Of a stretch of DNA of 64,000 nucleotides, positions 26,410 to 36,140 are shown in pieces. A program made the translations under genes and the position numbers. The first letter of the stretch is position 1, and every line of letters begins with the position of its first letter. The stretch is from a virus: the IMG/VR virus record IMGVR_UViG_3300032007_000018, positions 72,445 to 136,444 of that record; one strand, written 5' to 3'. The notes below the pieces were generated by a model. That model did no database searches. It saw only the letters and a list, made by a program, of their open reading frames with translations, and had not been told where the DNA came from.

Positions 26410-27060
26410 TAATCGCTCCTCTCTCATTTTCCTTTGACAGGAATTCTAATAAGTCTGCATCGCTAGCTTCTTCATTATCAAGAAATTCACTATACTCTTC
26501 GAAATCATCATCGTGAAGCTACTCTTCAAGTGCCTCAATATCATCGTCGTCAAGAAGTCCTGTATCAGTATCATCTGCATTAGCATCTGCTTCATCTTCT
26601 TTTTGATTATTTTTAATAGCTTCTTCAATAAGATTTCCTAAGTTAGTTTCTTCTGTTATCAAAGTTCGCGTATAACGCTTCATATCAATAATAGTCTAGT
26701 CAACCTTATCATTAGGTTCACCGACATAATATCTTGGAATAAATCCATCCTTTTCACAGAGCATAACTAATTCGCCAACTGAATCAACATACTCTCCGCT
26801 TTCTGCTTTATTCTGGGCCGCAGTAAACTTACCAGACTTCATTAACTAATCATAAACTCTGCTCATCTTTTGGAAACCCTCAACATCACCTATATCGATA
26901 AGTTGATTTGCTTTTAAAGATGTCTTACATAATAATTTTAAGTTATCTTCGTGTCCAGCACCTTGAATGTCATAAGAGTTCATCATATCATTATATAACT
27001 ATTCAAGTCTTACCCATTCTTCGGGTTTGTAAGTTTTACCCCATTTTAATCGCAGATAGA
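26410..27060 (-). CDS. Acidic protein upstream of terL (possible small terminase), TAG-recoded
   Basis: The frame ends in TAA overlapping the terL ATG. C-terminus is rich in Asp and Glu. Start not resolved. Confidence 0.3.
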
Positions 27061-27076
27061 TTCTATCTTCATCAGT

Positions 27077-27640
27077 TAAATCGATTTCATCATCATCCGA
27101 TGCGCCAGATTGTTCAGCAAAATAATCTTCTTCCCCAGTTGCGAGGAACGGATTCTCTGGCTACGCAGAAAAATCTGGTTTCGGTGCTTCCTCTGGAACA
27201 ACGAAAGCCGCACGCTCATTTGCGAGCGCAATTTGTTGAGCGTCATAGCCTTGCTGCTTCATTATTTGCTCACGCTTGCTTTTTTCCAATTCTTGTAAAA
27301 ATTCAGTATCTTTCCAACGATAATCTTTATATTGATTTAAACGCATTTTGGAAAGATATCTACCAACAATAGTTAATCCAGTAACTTTACTTTTATCTTT
27401 CGCATAAGAAGCCATTAATTTATTCCACTCTTCTGGAACGTATGGAACATCAGCTTCCTACAAAATCCACATAAAAGTATCTGGTTTCCAGTTATCGACG
27501 TGCATTGTCATACACTTTTTACAGATTGGGAATTTGCCATCGTTAGGATATTTTTCTAAGTTATTTGAAGTGTAAAACTAGTCAGCAGCCATCGTTCTAT
27601 TGCATTTTTCGCAATAATATTGTTTTTTTTCATCAGGCAT
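27077..27640 (-). CDS. Zn-ribbon protein, TAG-recoded
   Basis: ATG at 27640 with SD GGAGGAA. Translation verified: MPDEKKQYYCEKCNRTMAAD[TAG]FY...ICKKCMTMH... continues into track ORF 27161..27415. The 3' end is uncertain (TAG at 27161 or TAA near 27077). Confidence 0.5.
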
Positions 27641-27680
27641 AAAAATTCCTCCTTCTATTGAGTCTAGTGTTTATGCCAAC

Positions 27681-28745
27681 TTAAATTGTGCTTTTCTGCC
27701 CAGTTTTAGCATTTCTACAACATTTACATATACTGTAAAAGCCATCTTTACTTGTTTTATTTTTACTGAAATATTTATTGTGAGCTAACTTAAGCTAGCC
27801 ACAGCGACTACATCTTTTATACTTACCGCGCTCAACGTTTAGGTAGTACCAGCTCAAATACTCGTCTTCAGCGGCGGACGCAATCAACTTTGGAATTTTA
27901 TTGCGCCATAAACTTGAAATATATTCAACACTATGTTTAATGCCAAATTCCTATTGTAAAATTTCCTAAATCTCAACATTCTACATACCATCTATTTTAC
28001 ATTCTAATAATCTCTAATATAATGGAAAATCTTCTAATGCTTTATCACATACTCTTTCAAAATCATATAACATATACCAAGTGTCGCCTTCAAATCTGTC
28101 CCAGCTATCTTGCTTTAATTTTGAGTAATTACATAAAATAGCTTCACAAACCTTTGGATTCATTAAACTAAATCCTTCTGGAATAGGATACCCATTTTCA
28201 TCAAAACTATGCGTATTATCGGTTAATTCTATAAAATGACTTGATCGAGTTAATTTATTAAAAACAATTGGAGCTCTATAAGCATTCTTAATTACATATT
28301 GATCTTTTCGCATTTCTATTAACGCTTTTTTGATGGTAAATCGATCTTTACCTTGGACAGTTTTAAGTTTAGCTTCCCAAATATTAATGGTATCGCGCAA
28401 TTGTCGTAGCATTGGAATTTCTTCTAAATCTTTTTTTGTTATTGTTACTTTTGGCTAAAAAATTACTTGTTTATTCTCTGTTATTAAATTATAAATACCA
28501 TCTTCGCCATTTTCTAATTGGGCTACTAGACCTTCGAATGATGTTTCGCGTTTATTTACTGTAGTCATTCGATTATCAGTAAGAATTTTTTTCTCCTTTT
28601 TCTCCTATTTCTCCATAGCGAAAATTAAATAATCAGTTAAGATTTCTAAATATTTTTCATTAGGTTCAGGATTTTCTTCTAAAATTTTCTTAACTAATTC
28701 ATTTCTCTCTTCTGGAGAAGTTAAAGTATAATCGAGTTTTATCAA
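27681..28745 (-). CDS. First gene of the leftward operon. Hypothetical protein with a C-terminal CxxC..CxxC Zn-ribbon. TAG-recoded.
   Basis: TTG start at 28745 with SD GGAGGT. Frame verified through track ORF 28014..28412 and four TAGs to TAA at 27681. Confidence 0.5.
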
Positions 28746-28764
28746 TTTTCTTCTTACCTCCAGT

Positions 28765-28800
28765 CTCTAATCGTATTATAACAAAAAAATTTTTTAGAGT
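28765..28800 (-). promoter_or_regulatory. Leftward sigma-A-type promoter of the structural operon
   Basis: Minus strand TTGACT, 17 bp, tgtTATAAT. Its -35 box is the inverted partner of the rightward promoter's -35 (AGTCAA...TTGACT). Confidence 0.5.
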
Positions 28801-28825
28801 CAAATTTCATTAAGTTGACTTTTTA

Positions 28826-28858
28826 AAAAAATTTTTATATAATATTTATAGAATAAAA
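28826..28858 (+). promoter_or_regulatory. Rightward promoter (class B-like) for 28876..
   Basis: TTGACT, 17 bp, TATAAT, then AAAAGGAGA SD. Confidence 0.5.
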
Positions 28859-28875
28859 CAAAAAGGAGATTTTAT

Positions 28876-29448
28876 ATGATTATCGCCATTATTATTCTTG
28901 GAATTCTTTTGGTAATATCCATTTTGTTTAATCTAGCCTCTTTTAGAACTTTATTCGCAGTAATGCGTGATATCCGAGATCTTGAAAATCTCCGAGAAGA
29001 ATACGATTTTATCAATGGCGATGTTGAAATTGATGAAAATCGTATTGCAAATAAATTTCCAAACACAATTCTACTTTGTCATGTTGAAAAAAATCATGAT
29101 CCTAAAGACACAAGCACAACAAAAGTTGTAGATATATCAAGTTATCCGAAAAATCATGTAATTGGAATAACCTATTTTGTCCAACATCAGTTTTTCTCTG
29201 ATCTCAAAGATAGCGTAAAAATGGACGAATTACGCAATCACCTTCGCGCAGAATTTATTGAGGACCATCCAGAGGAAGATGATTTAGAATTCATTGACAA
29301 GATGATCGATGAAGCAATTCATGAAACATTAGGCGGAGAATATAATATTGATGAAGCGGGAGGCGCAATGACACGTCCACTAATCCCCAACTGCACTGTA
29401 TATCAATTAAAGGACGGTAGATGGCTATGGCGGCAAGAATCATTTTAA
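28876..29448 (+). CDS. Membrane-anchored hypothetical protein
   Basis: Track ORF, intact. N-terminal transmembrane helix. Confidence 0.6.
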   Translation: MIIAIIILGILLVISILFNLASFRTLFAVMRDIRDLENLREEYDFINGDVEIDENRIANKFPNTILLCHVEKNHDPKDTSTTKVVDISSYPKNHVIGITYFVQHQFFSDLKDSVKMDELRNHLRAEFIEDHPEEDDLEFIDKMIDEAIHETLGGEYNIDEAGGAMTRPLIPNCTVYQLKDGRWLWRQESF

Positions 29449-29663
29449 TTATCGCATGGATAATTATGGTGCTCCTTACGCTGACGCAGTATGCTGACCT
29501 CGTGGCGGATTAGGACGTCCCTCGCGCAAGAAAAATTTTAGCAGGTTTGGTATTCATCTTAGGAGCCCCGATATTCTGTGCTTATACAGCACTGTCGGGG
29601 CTTCTTGACTATTTTTTGCCAGAAGGATGGGACGATGATGATGATAGCGAATACAAACATTAA
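29426..29663 (+). CDS. Small two-transmembrane protein with an Asp-rich tail (holin-like), one in-frame TAG
   Basis: MAMAARIILIIAWIIMVLL...ADLVAD[TAG]DVPRARKILAGLVFILGAPIFCAY...DDDDDSEYKH. Ends at TAA. Confidence 0.4.
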
Positions 29664-29674
29664 GGAGAACCATT

Positions 29675-30022
29675 ATGCTTATTAAAAAATCAGATTTACT
29701 TTTTGAAAATCCGTACCGCAAGATTTTTAAGTATCACTTGGAAGAAGGCGGACAGACAACTATCGCCGCATACTGGGGTGAACTTTTAGATATTCAGGTC
29801 CAAGAGGACGATATCGTACTTTGGGCTGCTATAGCTCCATACTATACAGATATCATGGGAGAAGCGCATAAACGTGAAGACAAACCCACGATACTAACTT
29901 TTACGGCTGTAGGAACGGGCTGGGAATATAAAGATCGCAATATCGGCCAGTACTTCAAGACTGTCCAAATGCCTTCTGGATTGGTTTGGCACATTTTCGT
30001 AAAGAAGGGCTCAGAAACATGA
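29675..30022 (+). CDS. Hypothetical protein
   Basis: Track ORF, SD AAGGAGAA. Confidence 0.6.
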   Translation: MLIKKSDLLFENPYRKIFKYHLEEGGQTTIAAYWGELLDIQVQEDDIVLWAAIAPYYTDIMGEAHKREDKPTILTFTAVGTGWEYKDRNIGQYFKTVQMPSGLVWHIFVKKGSET

Positions 30023-30489
30023 GTATAGATGGGCGCATCCTGGACACGGATAATCGCTTTTACGATTACTGTAATACCTTCGGTATTACGAATCCGTTCC
30101 AAGAGGAATAGAAACGATTTGCCGCACGCTGTAAAAAAGAAGAAAAATATACAATAATAGAAAAAGAAAGTCCAGAAGACATAGCATGGCGGAAAGAGTG
30201 GTCCAAAAAAAGAGATGAATACCTGCGGCTGAGCCATACTTTCCGCCTCTGGGACTTCCACTTCTGGATGCCGTGGGAGAGGTTTAAGTGGCATTGTGGC
30301 TTTGATAAAGAATATACGGATGTGAGTATATATATGCCGTGCGACTGCGCCGAACGGCAATGCAGTATGGAGTGCGCATATTTTTTGCACGAGTGTCCTC
30401 GTGCAAAGGGAGAGTTGAAAACTCCTGAAATTTTAGGATTTGACGGACGGTGGGAGTATCATGACAAAGACTATGGAGGTATTTATTAA
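30019..30489 (+). CDS. Cys-rich hypothetical protein with one in-frame TAG
   Basis: The ATGA overlap with the upstream gene marks the start. The frame is open to TAA at 30487 if the TAG at 30109 is sense. Confidence 0.45.
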
Positions 30490-31241
30490 TGGCAGCTAAA
30501 GATTATACTGGGCAACTTTGTGGATGTTGGAAAGTAATTGAAAGAGATTTTCATCCTACTTCAAAATCGCACGAAACTTTTTGGATTGCAGAATGTTAGA
30601 ATTGTGGAAATATAGCAAGCGTACGAAAAACCGATTTAGATAAAAAGCCAGTAAGTTGTAATGAATGCAAGGGCGATTTTTCAAGTATTGCAGAAAGAAA
30701 AAAGTATGACATAAAACCCGGTGATGTTTTTGGATATTTAACAGCTCTTGATAAGCCTCATTCGGCACAAAAACTTGGTTTAACTGATAAACTAAAAACG
30801 AATGAGCCCTATGTAAGATGTAAATGTAAATGTGGAAAAGAATTATATGTGCGTAAAAGTCATCTATTAGGACTTTATAGGCATAGCAGAACAATTTCTT
30901 GCGGATGTGCCTCTATGAGCAGTGGGGAACTAAAAATTCAAACAATTTTAGAAGATGCAAAAATTCCATATGTTTATAATTATGTTATTCCTGAGTTTTC
31001 AAAATCTTCTCCGTTTGATTTTGCTATTTTAGATGAATATGATAATATAATACGTTTGATAGAGTTTGACGGAGAGCAACATTATAAACCCGTTCAACGG
31101 TTTGGTGGAGAAGAGGATTTTATTAAGCAGCAACAATATGACGCAAATAAAAATAAATATTGCGAAGAGCATCATATTGATTTGAAGCGAATTCCGTATT
31201 GGGATTTTGACAAATTGACGGTAGATTATTTGTTGTCGTAA
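30490..31241 (+). CDS. Zn-finger plus Vsr/DUF559-like endonuclease fusion, one in-frame TAG
   Basis: N-terminus CGCW...C[TAG]NCG...CNEC...CKCKCG. Its C-terminus equals track ORF 30849..31241 (FDFAILD...IEFDGEQHY...FGG). Paralog of 23500..23856. Confidence 0.6.
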
Positions 31242-31679
31242 TCCGAAAACGAAAATTGGTTTCAGGATTATTTTGGCCAGACAAAAAGATTTTCGCGAGT
31301 GAAAAAAAATTTTTTCCCGAAATAGTACCCGGAGTACAGCATGTAAAACGTATTGTCGCTTCGCGGAATACGCAAGGCCTACTGTCGCGTCTCACCCCCG
31401 TCAAATAGCCCGGGTCAAATTAAAGTCCCCCCAACATTACTCGCCCACTATTGTTGCTCGCACGGCCGGCGTTGGGCGCGGCGGCCGTTGTTTGCGATAA
31501 CGCAGGCCTTCAGCAATTCACACGCGCACACGTCCCACACACAGCGCACCACACGCACGCCCAAAAGTCAATACACAAAATGCACAAACAATACCCGGAC
31601 ATTTTTGTGCAACATTACCATTGACAACTACCTGCGCCTGTGCTACAATGTAGACAACAAAGGAAAGGAGATACCCCCA

Positions 31680-32033
31680 ATGACTAACTTCTTCAAAGAC
31701 TCCAACACTCGCCCCTTCGCTATCACTATTACCATTCTGTTGGTTATCCTTCTCAGCTTCTGCATCTGGTTTATACTGGACGGCGAGCTTAAGAACGCCG
31801 AGGAGCGCAAGCCCGACTACTACGCGCTGGCCACCACAGTCAACGCCATTGACAGAGATACAGACGTCGTGACCTGCGAGGACAGCACAGGCAACTTGTG
31901 GGAGTTCTACGGCGTGGAAGATTGGCAAGTGGGGGACAACGCCAACCTGCTGATGGACACAATGGGAACAGAGAACATCTACGACGATGAAATCTGCGGC
32001 GCGACCTTCGGCGCGTGGACACTCACCAAGTAA
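31680..32033 (+). CDS. Early small membrane protein. First gene of the GC-rich promoter-cassette array.
   Basis: Class A promoter TTGACA 31621, tgcTACAAT 31641. SD AAGGAG. A transmembrane helix. The track ORF start at 31353 is an upstream artefact. Confidence 0.6.
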   Translation: MTNFFKDSNTRPFAITITILLVILLSFCIWFILDGELKNAEERKPDYYALATTVNAIDRDTDVVTCEDSTGNLWEFYGVEDWQVGDNANLLMDTMGTENIYDDEICGATFGAWTLTK

Positions 32034-32185
32034 ACAACAACAGCGCAGTTAAAAGGCTGCGCTGTTTGTCTATTGTTGGTTATTTAACTAACTAACAGCC
32101 GGACGGCATTGTTAAAAAACTAACGCTTGACAACACCGTGCGATTGTGCTATTATAATGATAGAAAGAGAAAGGAGATTAAAACA

Positions 32186-32326
32186 ATGTACGAATACGAA
32201 ATCTACAACGAGCGCACCAACGAGCATGACTTCATCCACGGCTACAACCGCGAGGACGCTTGGGCGCGCAACAAGTGGGCAGACCGCCGCGAGTGGCGCA
32301 TCATCCACACCGAATACATCGACTGA
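32186..32326 (+). CDS. Early small protein (46 aa)
   Basis: Own promoter (TTGACA 32127 / TATAAT 32153). SD AAAGGAGAT. Terminator hairpin after the stop. Confidence 0.5.
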   Translation: MYEYEIYNERTNEHDFIHGYNREDAWARNKWADRREWRIIHTEYID

Positions 32327-32587
32327 GAGGACGCGCAAGCGTCCTTTTTCTTTTGCCTATACATTGTTAGTTAATTAACTAACGAATGCCGATGACGAGC
32401 GCGCGGCCGCGAACTTCACCGCGCTAAAGTGCTACAGTAATAAATTACGCAAATGATTGTTAAATAACTCACAATCAGCCATCCCGAAACTACATTGTTA
32501 AAAAAATAATTATTAAAAAACTCTTGACATTTATCCGGTTGTATGTTATTATAATTACAGAAAGAAAAAGAAAAGGAGAACAAAAAA

Positions 32588-32746
32588 ATGAAAAAGCACA
32601 TCACTTACATGAATTGCGAAACGGGCGAAATCACTGAGATCCACAAGGACGCGATGGAATGGTATCGCGCGGGCGTTGAGGTGGCGCTGATGGACTACAG
32701 CGAAACGCTTGGCGAATGGGTAGAGAGAGGGCGCTGGATTCACTAA
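32588..32746 (+). CDS. Early small protein (52 aa)
   Basis: Promoter TTGACA 32524 / TATAAT 32550. SD AAAAGGAGAA. A terminator hairpin overlaps the 3' end. Confidence 0.5.
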   Translation: MKKHITYMNCETGEITEIHKDAMEWYRAGVEVALMDYSETLGEWVERGRWIH

Positions 32747-32869
32747 TCCAGCGCTTTTTATCCGGGTGCTTGTTAGTTAATTAACTAACAAAGTATTTTG
32801 AAAAAAACGCTTGACAAATAATCCGGTCTATGCTATACTATAATCAGAAAGAGCAAGGAGGAAATAAAA

Positions 32870-33052
32870 ATGACGCACACTGACTACTTTATCACCGCGT
32901 TTCGTTTCAATGAGACTTTCGATACTGAAGCCAAAGCCCGCAAACGTTTTGAAGAAGTCAAAACCCGCTTCACCTACTGCGAGTTGAAGCAAGCGGAAAC
33001 TGACGATGAAACCTACTACTACGCCAAAAGTCTGGAGATTTATCGCAAGTAA
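32870..33052 (+). CDS. Early small protein
   Basis: Track ORF. Promoter TTGACA 32811 / tgcTATACTATAAT 32831-44. Confidence 0.6.
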   Translation: MTHTDYFITAFRFNETFDTEAKARKRFEEVKTRFTYCELKQAETDDETYYYAKSLEIYRK

Positions 33053-33135
33053 GTCTCCAGACTTTTTCAAAAAACACTTGACATTTTCCCGGCTTTGTGC
33101 TATTATAATTATAGAAAAAGAAAGGAGATACTAAA

Positions 33136-33254
33136 ATGTTTTACTGGTACACTTTTGAAGATGGCTATGCGGTCTGCGTCAAGGGCTTTTCCAAGAACGA
33201 GCTTATCCGCGAGACGCGCAAGCATGGTTGCATTGTTTCCAAGGTTCCCGCGTG
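33136..33254 (+). CDS. Early small protein (39 aa)
   Basis: Promoter TTGACA 33078 / TATAAT 33104. SD AAAGGAGAT. Confidence 0.45.
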
Positions 33255-33345
33255 AACCTTGGAAATTTTTTTTAGATTTTTTTGAAAAAAGTCTTGACAT
33301 TCTGCGCCCGGTGTGCTATAATACAATCAGAAAGGGGATAGAGAA

Positions 33346-33513
33346 ATGAACGAATTCCGTGAAAAGCTGATTGACCGAATGATTAAGCAATTCGGGTTTG
33401 AGCATCCCAACACCATCGCCTTTGCTAACCTGTGCGAAGCCACTTGGATTAGTGACGAAGCCCTTGAGAAAGCGGTGGAACACCACGAAGCCAACAGCAT
33501 CTTTGAGGACTGA
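33346..33513 (+). CDS. Early small protein (55 aa)
   Basis: Promoter TTGACA 33294 / TATAAT 33317. SD AAAGGGGAT. Confidence 0.5.
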   Translation: MNEFREKLIDRMIKQFGFEHPNTIAFANLCEATWISDEALEKAVEHHEANSIFED

Positions 33514-33692
33514 GAAATCAGCCCTCTTTTTTATTCCAATAGCAAGATTGTTAGTTAATTAACTAACGAGCGTGCGCCCGGGCGGATTCACCGACTGCCG
33601 CAGATTGTTAAAAAAATAATTATTAAAAAATGCTTGACATTTTGCCCGGTCTGTGCTATTATAATTACAGAAAGAGAAAGGAGGCCACTAAA

Positions 33693-33800
33693 ATGGCTAT
33701 GACGATTGAATACTTTGAGACCATGGGCGATGCCCTTGATGAACTCCGCGACTGGGAGGCCTACGAGGCCGACATCGCCGATAGCGACCCCTGGGCCTAA
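33693..33800 (+). CDS. Early small acidic protein (35 aa)
   Basis: Promoter TTGACA 33634 / TATAAT 33660. SD AAAGGAGG. Confidence 0.4.
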   Translation: MAMTIEYFETMGDALDELRDWEAYEADIADSDPWA

Positions 33801-34071
33801 GCCCGGGGGATTTTTAATTCGTTTTTTCGGGCGCGCCGCCCACGACCCAGCCGGCGCGTTTTCGCACTAAATCAGTAGTTCGATAATTTGTTAGCGTTTT
33901 AGTGCGCTAAAGCGCTAACGTGCAATGTCCCGAAATGAATAATCATACATGGAAAATGAATAAAAATTTTTTTGCCAAATTGCATTTTGGGGGTTGACAT
34001 TCCCGGATAATCTGGTATAATAGGTTACAGAAAGGGCAAGGAAAAGCCCCCAAACCAGAAAGGAAAAAACA

Positions 34072-34224
34072 ATGTACTCTGTGTGGATGACCGATGACCT
34101 CTGCTGCGACGATGTGATGGTGTTCGAAGGAACCCTCGCTGACTGCCTCGCCTACACCGCCGATGACGAATTCGACGAAATGTACATCGTAGAGCCAGAT
34201 GGTTTCACCGTGTACGGTGACTAA
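34072..34224 (+). CDS. Early small acidic protein (50 aa)
   Basis: Promoter TTGACA 33994 / TATAAT 34016. Conserved leader ACAGAAAGGGCAAGGAAAAGCCC..AAACCAGAAAGGAAA, shared with 35277. Confidence 0.45.
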   Translation: MYSVWMTDDLCCDDVMVFEGTLADCLAYTADDEFDEMYIVEPDGFTVYGD

Positions 34225-34244
34225 TCCAAAAGGAGGACAACTCA

Positions 34245-34421
34245 ATGACCACTTTCTTCAACCGCACCCCTGCCGAGCAGGAAATCATCCGCAAGGCTTA
34301 CGACTTTGAAGTCGCCGCCATTGAAGCGGAAAGCTCCGAACGTAACCCCTACTTTGAAGCCCTACAAACTATGGGGCTGTGGGAAGCCGTCAATGAAGCG
34401 CTGGAAATGCGCCACAACTAA
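34245..34421 (+). CDS. Early small protein (58 aa)
   Basis: SD AAAGGAGGA. Co-transcribed with 34072. Confidence 0.45.
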   Translation: MTTFFNRTPAEQEIIRKAYDFEVAAIEAESSERNPYFEALQTMGLWEAVNEALEMRHN

Positions 34422-34706
34422 GAGAGCCGAGCCAATCGACTCTCTTTTCATTTGTCCAAGAGGATAAATAGCCACACGTGAGTAATGAATAATTATTCAT
34501 CGGCCGGCCGCCCACGCGCCATGCGGCCGGTTTTTCCATTATACCACAGCCCCAGTAATTTGTCAATAGACAATTTGCACAAATTTTCAATACACCGGGC
34601 GCCCGAAATTTGTGCATTTTGCCAAGAGTAGAAAATGAAAAAATAGTTGACAAAATGCCGCGCATCTGCTATACTGTTATCAGATAAGGAAAGGAGATAC
34701 AAAACG

Positions 34707-35153
34707 ATGAAAATTTGGTTTGACATGGATGGGACGCTGGCTGACCTGTACGGCGTTGATAACTGGCTGGATAAGCTCCGCTCTGGCGACCCCTCCCCCT
34801 ATATGGATGCCGCGCCGTTACTCCGCCTGTCCGCTCTGGCGCGAGTGCTGAATCGCCTGCTCCGCGAGGGCAACGAGGTCAGCATCGTGAGCTGGCTGTC
34901 TAAAAACAGCACCCCCGAATATGACAATATGGTGACTGCGGCAAAACACGCATGGCTGGCGAAACACCTGCCGAGCGTCAAGTGGACTGCGGTGCGGATT
35001 GTCCCCTACGGCACACCGAAAAGCGAGGTTGCCGAGCTTGACCCCCACGACGTGCTGTTTGACGATGAAGAAAACAACATCATCGAATGGGAAGAAGCTG
35101 GCGGTTGGGGCTTTGACCCCTCCGAGATTATGAGTTTTCTGCGGGCGGCATAA
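34707..35153 (+). CDS. HAD-superfamily 5'(3')-deoxyribonucleotidase-like (NT5C family) hydrolase
   Basis: MKIWFDMDGTLADLYG, which is HAD motif I DxDGT. Promoter TTGACA 34647 / TATACT 34670. The track ORF has an N-terminal artefact extension from 34647. Confidence 0.6.
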   Translation: MKIWFDMDGTLADLYGVDNWLDKLRSGDPSPYMDAAPLLRLSALARVLNRLLREGNEVSIVSWLSKNSTPEYDNMVTAAKHAWLAKHLPSVKWTAVRIVPYGTPKSEVAELDPHDVLFDDEENNIIEWEEAGGWGFDPSEIMSFLRAA

Positions 35154-35276
35154 GCCCGCGGGGCGCTCGCCCGGGCTGAAAAAAATTTTCAAAAACCCCT
35201 TGACATTTCCGGGAAACCTGCTATAATAGATTACAGAAAGGGCAAGGAAAAGCCCAAAAACCAGAAAGGAAACGCT

Positions 35277-35465
35277 ATGTATACTCTGATTATCACCCGC
35301 ACTTGCGGCGAGACCCCCACCGAGGTCAACTTCCCCATCTCCGGCTGCGATGCGGCTTATACCGCATTCCGCATGGCTTGCGAGCTGTGCGATCTCGCGG
35401 GCGGCGGTGTCTACCTGACAGATGCCAATACGGGCGAGATTCTCGCCGACAACTCCGAGGACTAA
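35277..35465 (+). CDS. Early small protein
   Basis: Track ORF. Promoter TTGACA 35209 / TATAAT 35221. Shares its leader with 34072. Confidence 0.5.
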   Translation: MYTLIITRTCGETPTEVNFPISGCDAAYTAFRMACELCDLAGGGVYLTDANTGEILADNSED

Positions 35466-35654
35466 TCCTCGGAGTTTTTTTGAGCCGCGCGTGCCCGGGC
35501 GCCACGCGCGGTTTTTGCATAATTATACGTCATTTATGAATTTTTATTCATTACACCTAGTAATCAAAAATTTTTTCATTTTTCCTAAAAAAGTTCTTGA
35601 CATCCGGGCGCAAGTGTGCTAATATAGTATCAGAAAACGAAAGGGGATAAAAAA

Positions 35655-36140
35655 ATGACTATCATCACTTCTGAACTGCCTATCAGCTTCATCTATGACC
35701 CTGCGCACAATCGCGCCCGTTATTCCATCAATAATGGCGAAAGCTGGATGAATCACGGCGAATTTTGTGAGCGCATGGCAAAAGTCATTCTCGGCTTCAG
35801 CCCCGACAAGGATTCCGTGGCTTTTGATAAGGGATATGACATTCCCGAACTCAAGGCGAGCGTTAAGTCCTATAAGTGCGGCCTCAGCAACTGCAAGGAC
35901 ATGCCTAAGACCCCCACCGAGTTCATGGCTGAGTTCTGGAGACGCGATATTGCCGAGCTCCACATATATGTCTGTGACCATGGCGATTATATGGCGCTCT
36001 ATATAATGAACACGCCAGAATTTCAGCGGTTCATTGAGCACTTCGCCAAGTGGGAAGAGGACACTCACAACTTCAGAATGTATACCTGCGACAGCAAGGT
36101 TGAACGGTGGTTGACAAATAATTATGCAGAGGATGAATAA
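35655..36140 (+). CDS. Early hypothetical protein (161 aa)
   Basis: Track ORF. Promoter TTGACA 35597 / TAATAT 35620. A palindromic terminator lies at 36122-36165. Confidence 0.65.
   Translation: MTIITSELPISFIYDPAHNRARYSINNGESWMNHGEFCERMAKVILGFSPDKDSVAFDKGYDIPELKASVKSYKCGLSNCKDMPKTPTEFMAEFWRRDIAELHIYVCDHGDYMALYIMNTPEFQRFIEHFAKWEEDTHNFRMYTCDSKVERWLTNNYAEDE

Noticed and set aside
25740-27242. Apparent 1-nt frame discrepancies between the printed sequence and the ORF track (for example near 25740, 27240, 35276 and 61140)
   Set aside because: They are most likely homopolymer miscounts in my manual reading rather than biological frameshifts. Track coordinates were preferred, so recoded-gene boundaries carry an uncertainty of 1-3 nt.
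1-28745. Alternative explanations for the fragmented ORFs: a pseudogenised prophage, or genetic code 4 or 25
   Set aside because: The breaks are exclusively TAG, always in frame, and align to Gln in paralogs. TGA and TAA still terminate genes (TGA ends the tape measure gene, TAA ends terL) and TGG encodes Trp normally. So neither TGA reassignment nor random decay fits.
31353-32033. The 226-aa track ORF, and the antisense ORFs 31518..31928(-), 35326..35520(-), 38932..39393(-), 44664..45674(-) and 45559..46068(-)
   Set aside because: They are long open frames typical of GC-rich DNA. They have no ribosome-binding site and read through promoters. The sense-strand genes with cassette promoters explain the region. 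The 31353 ORF is an upstream extension of the real gene starting at 31680.
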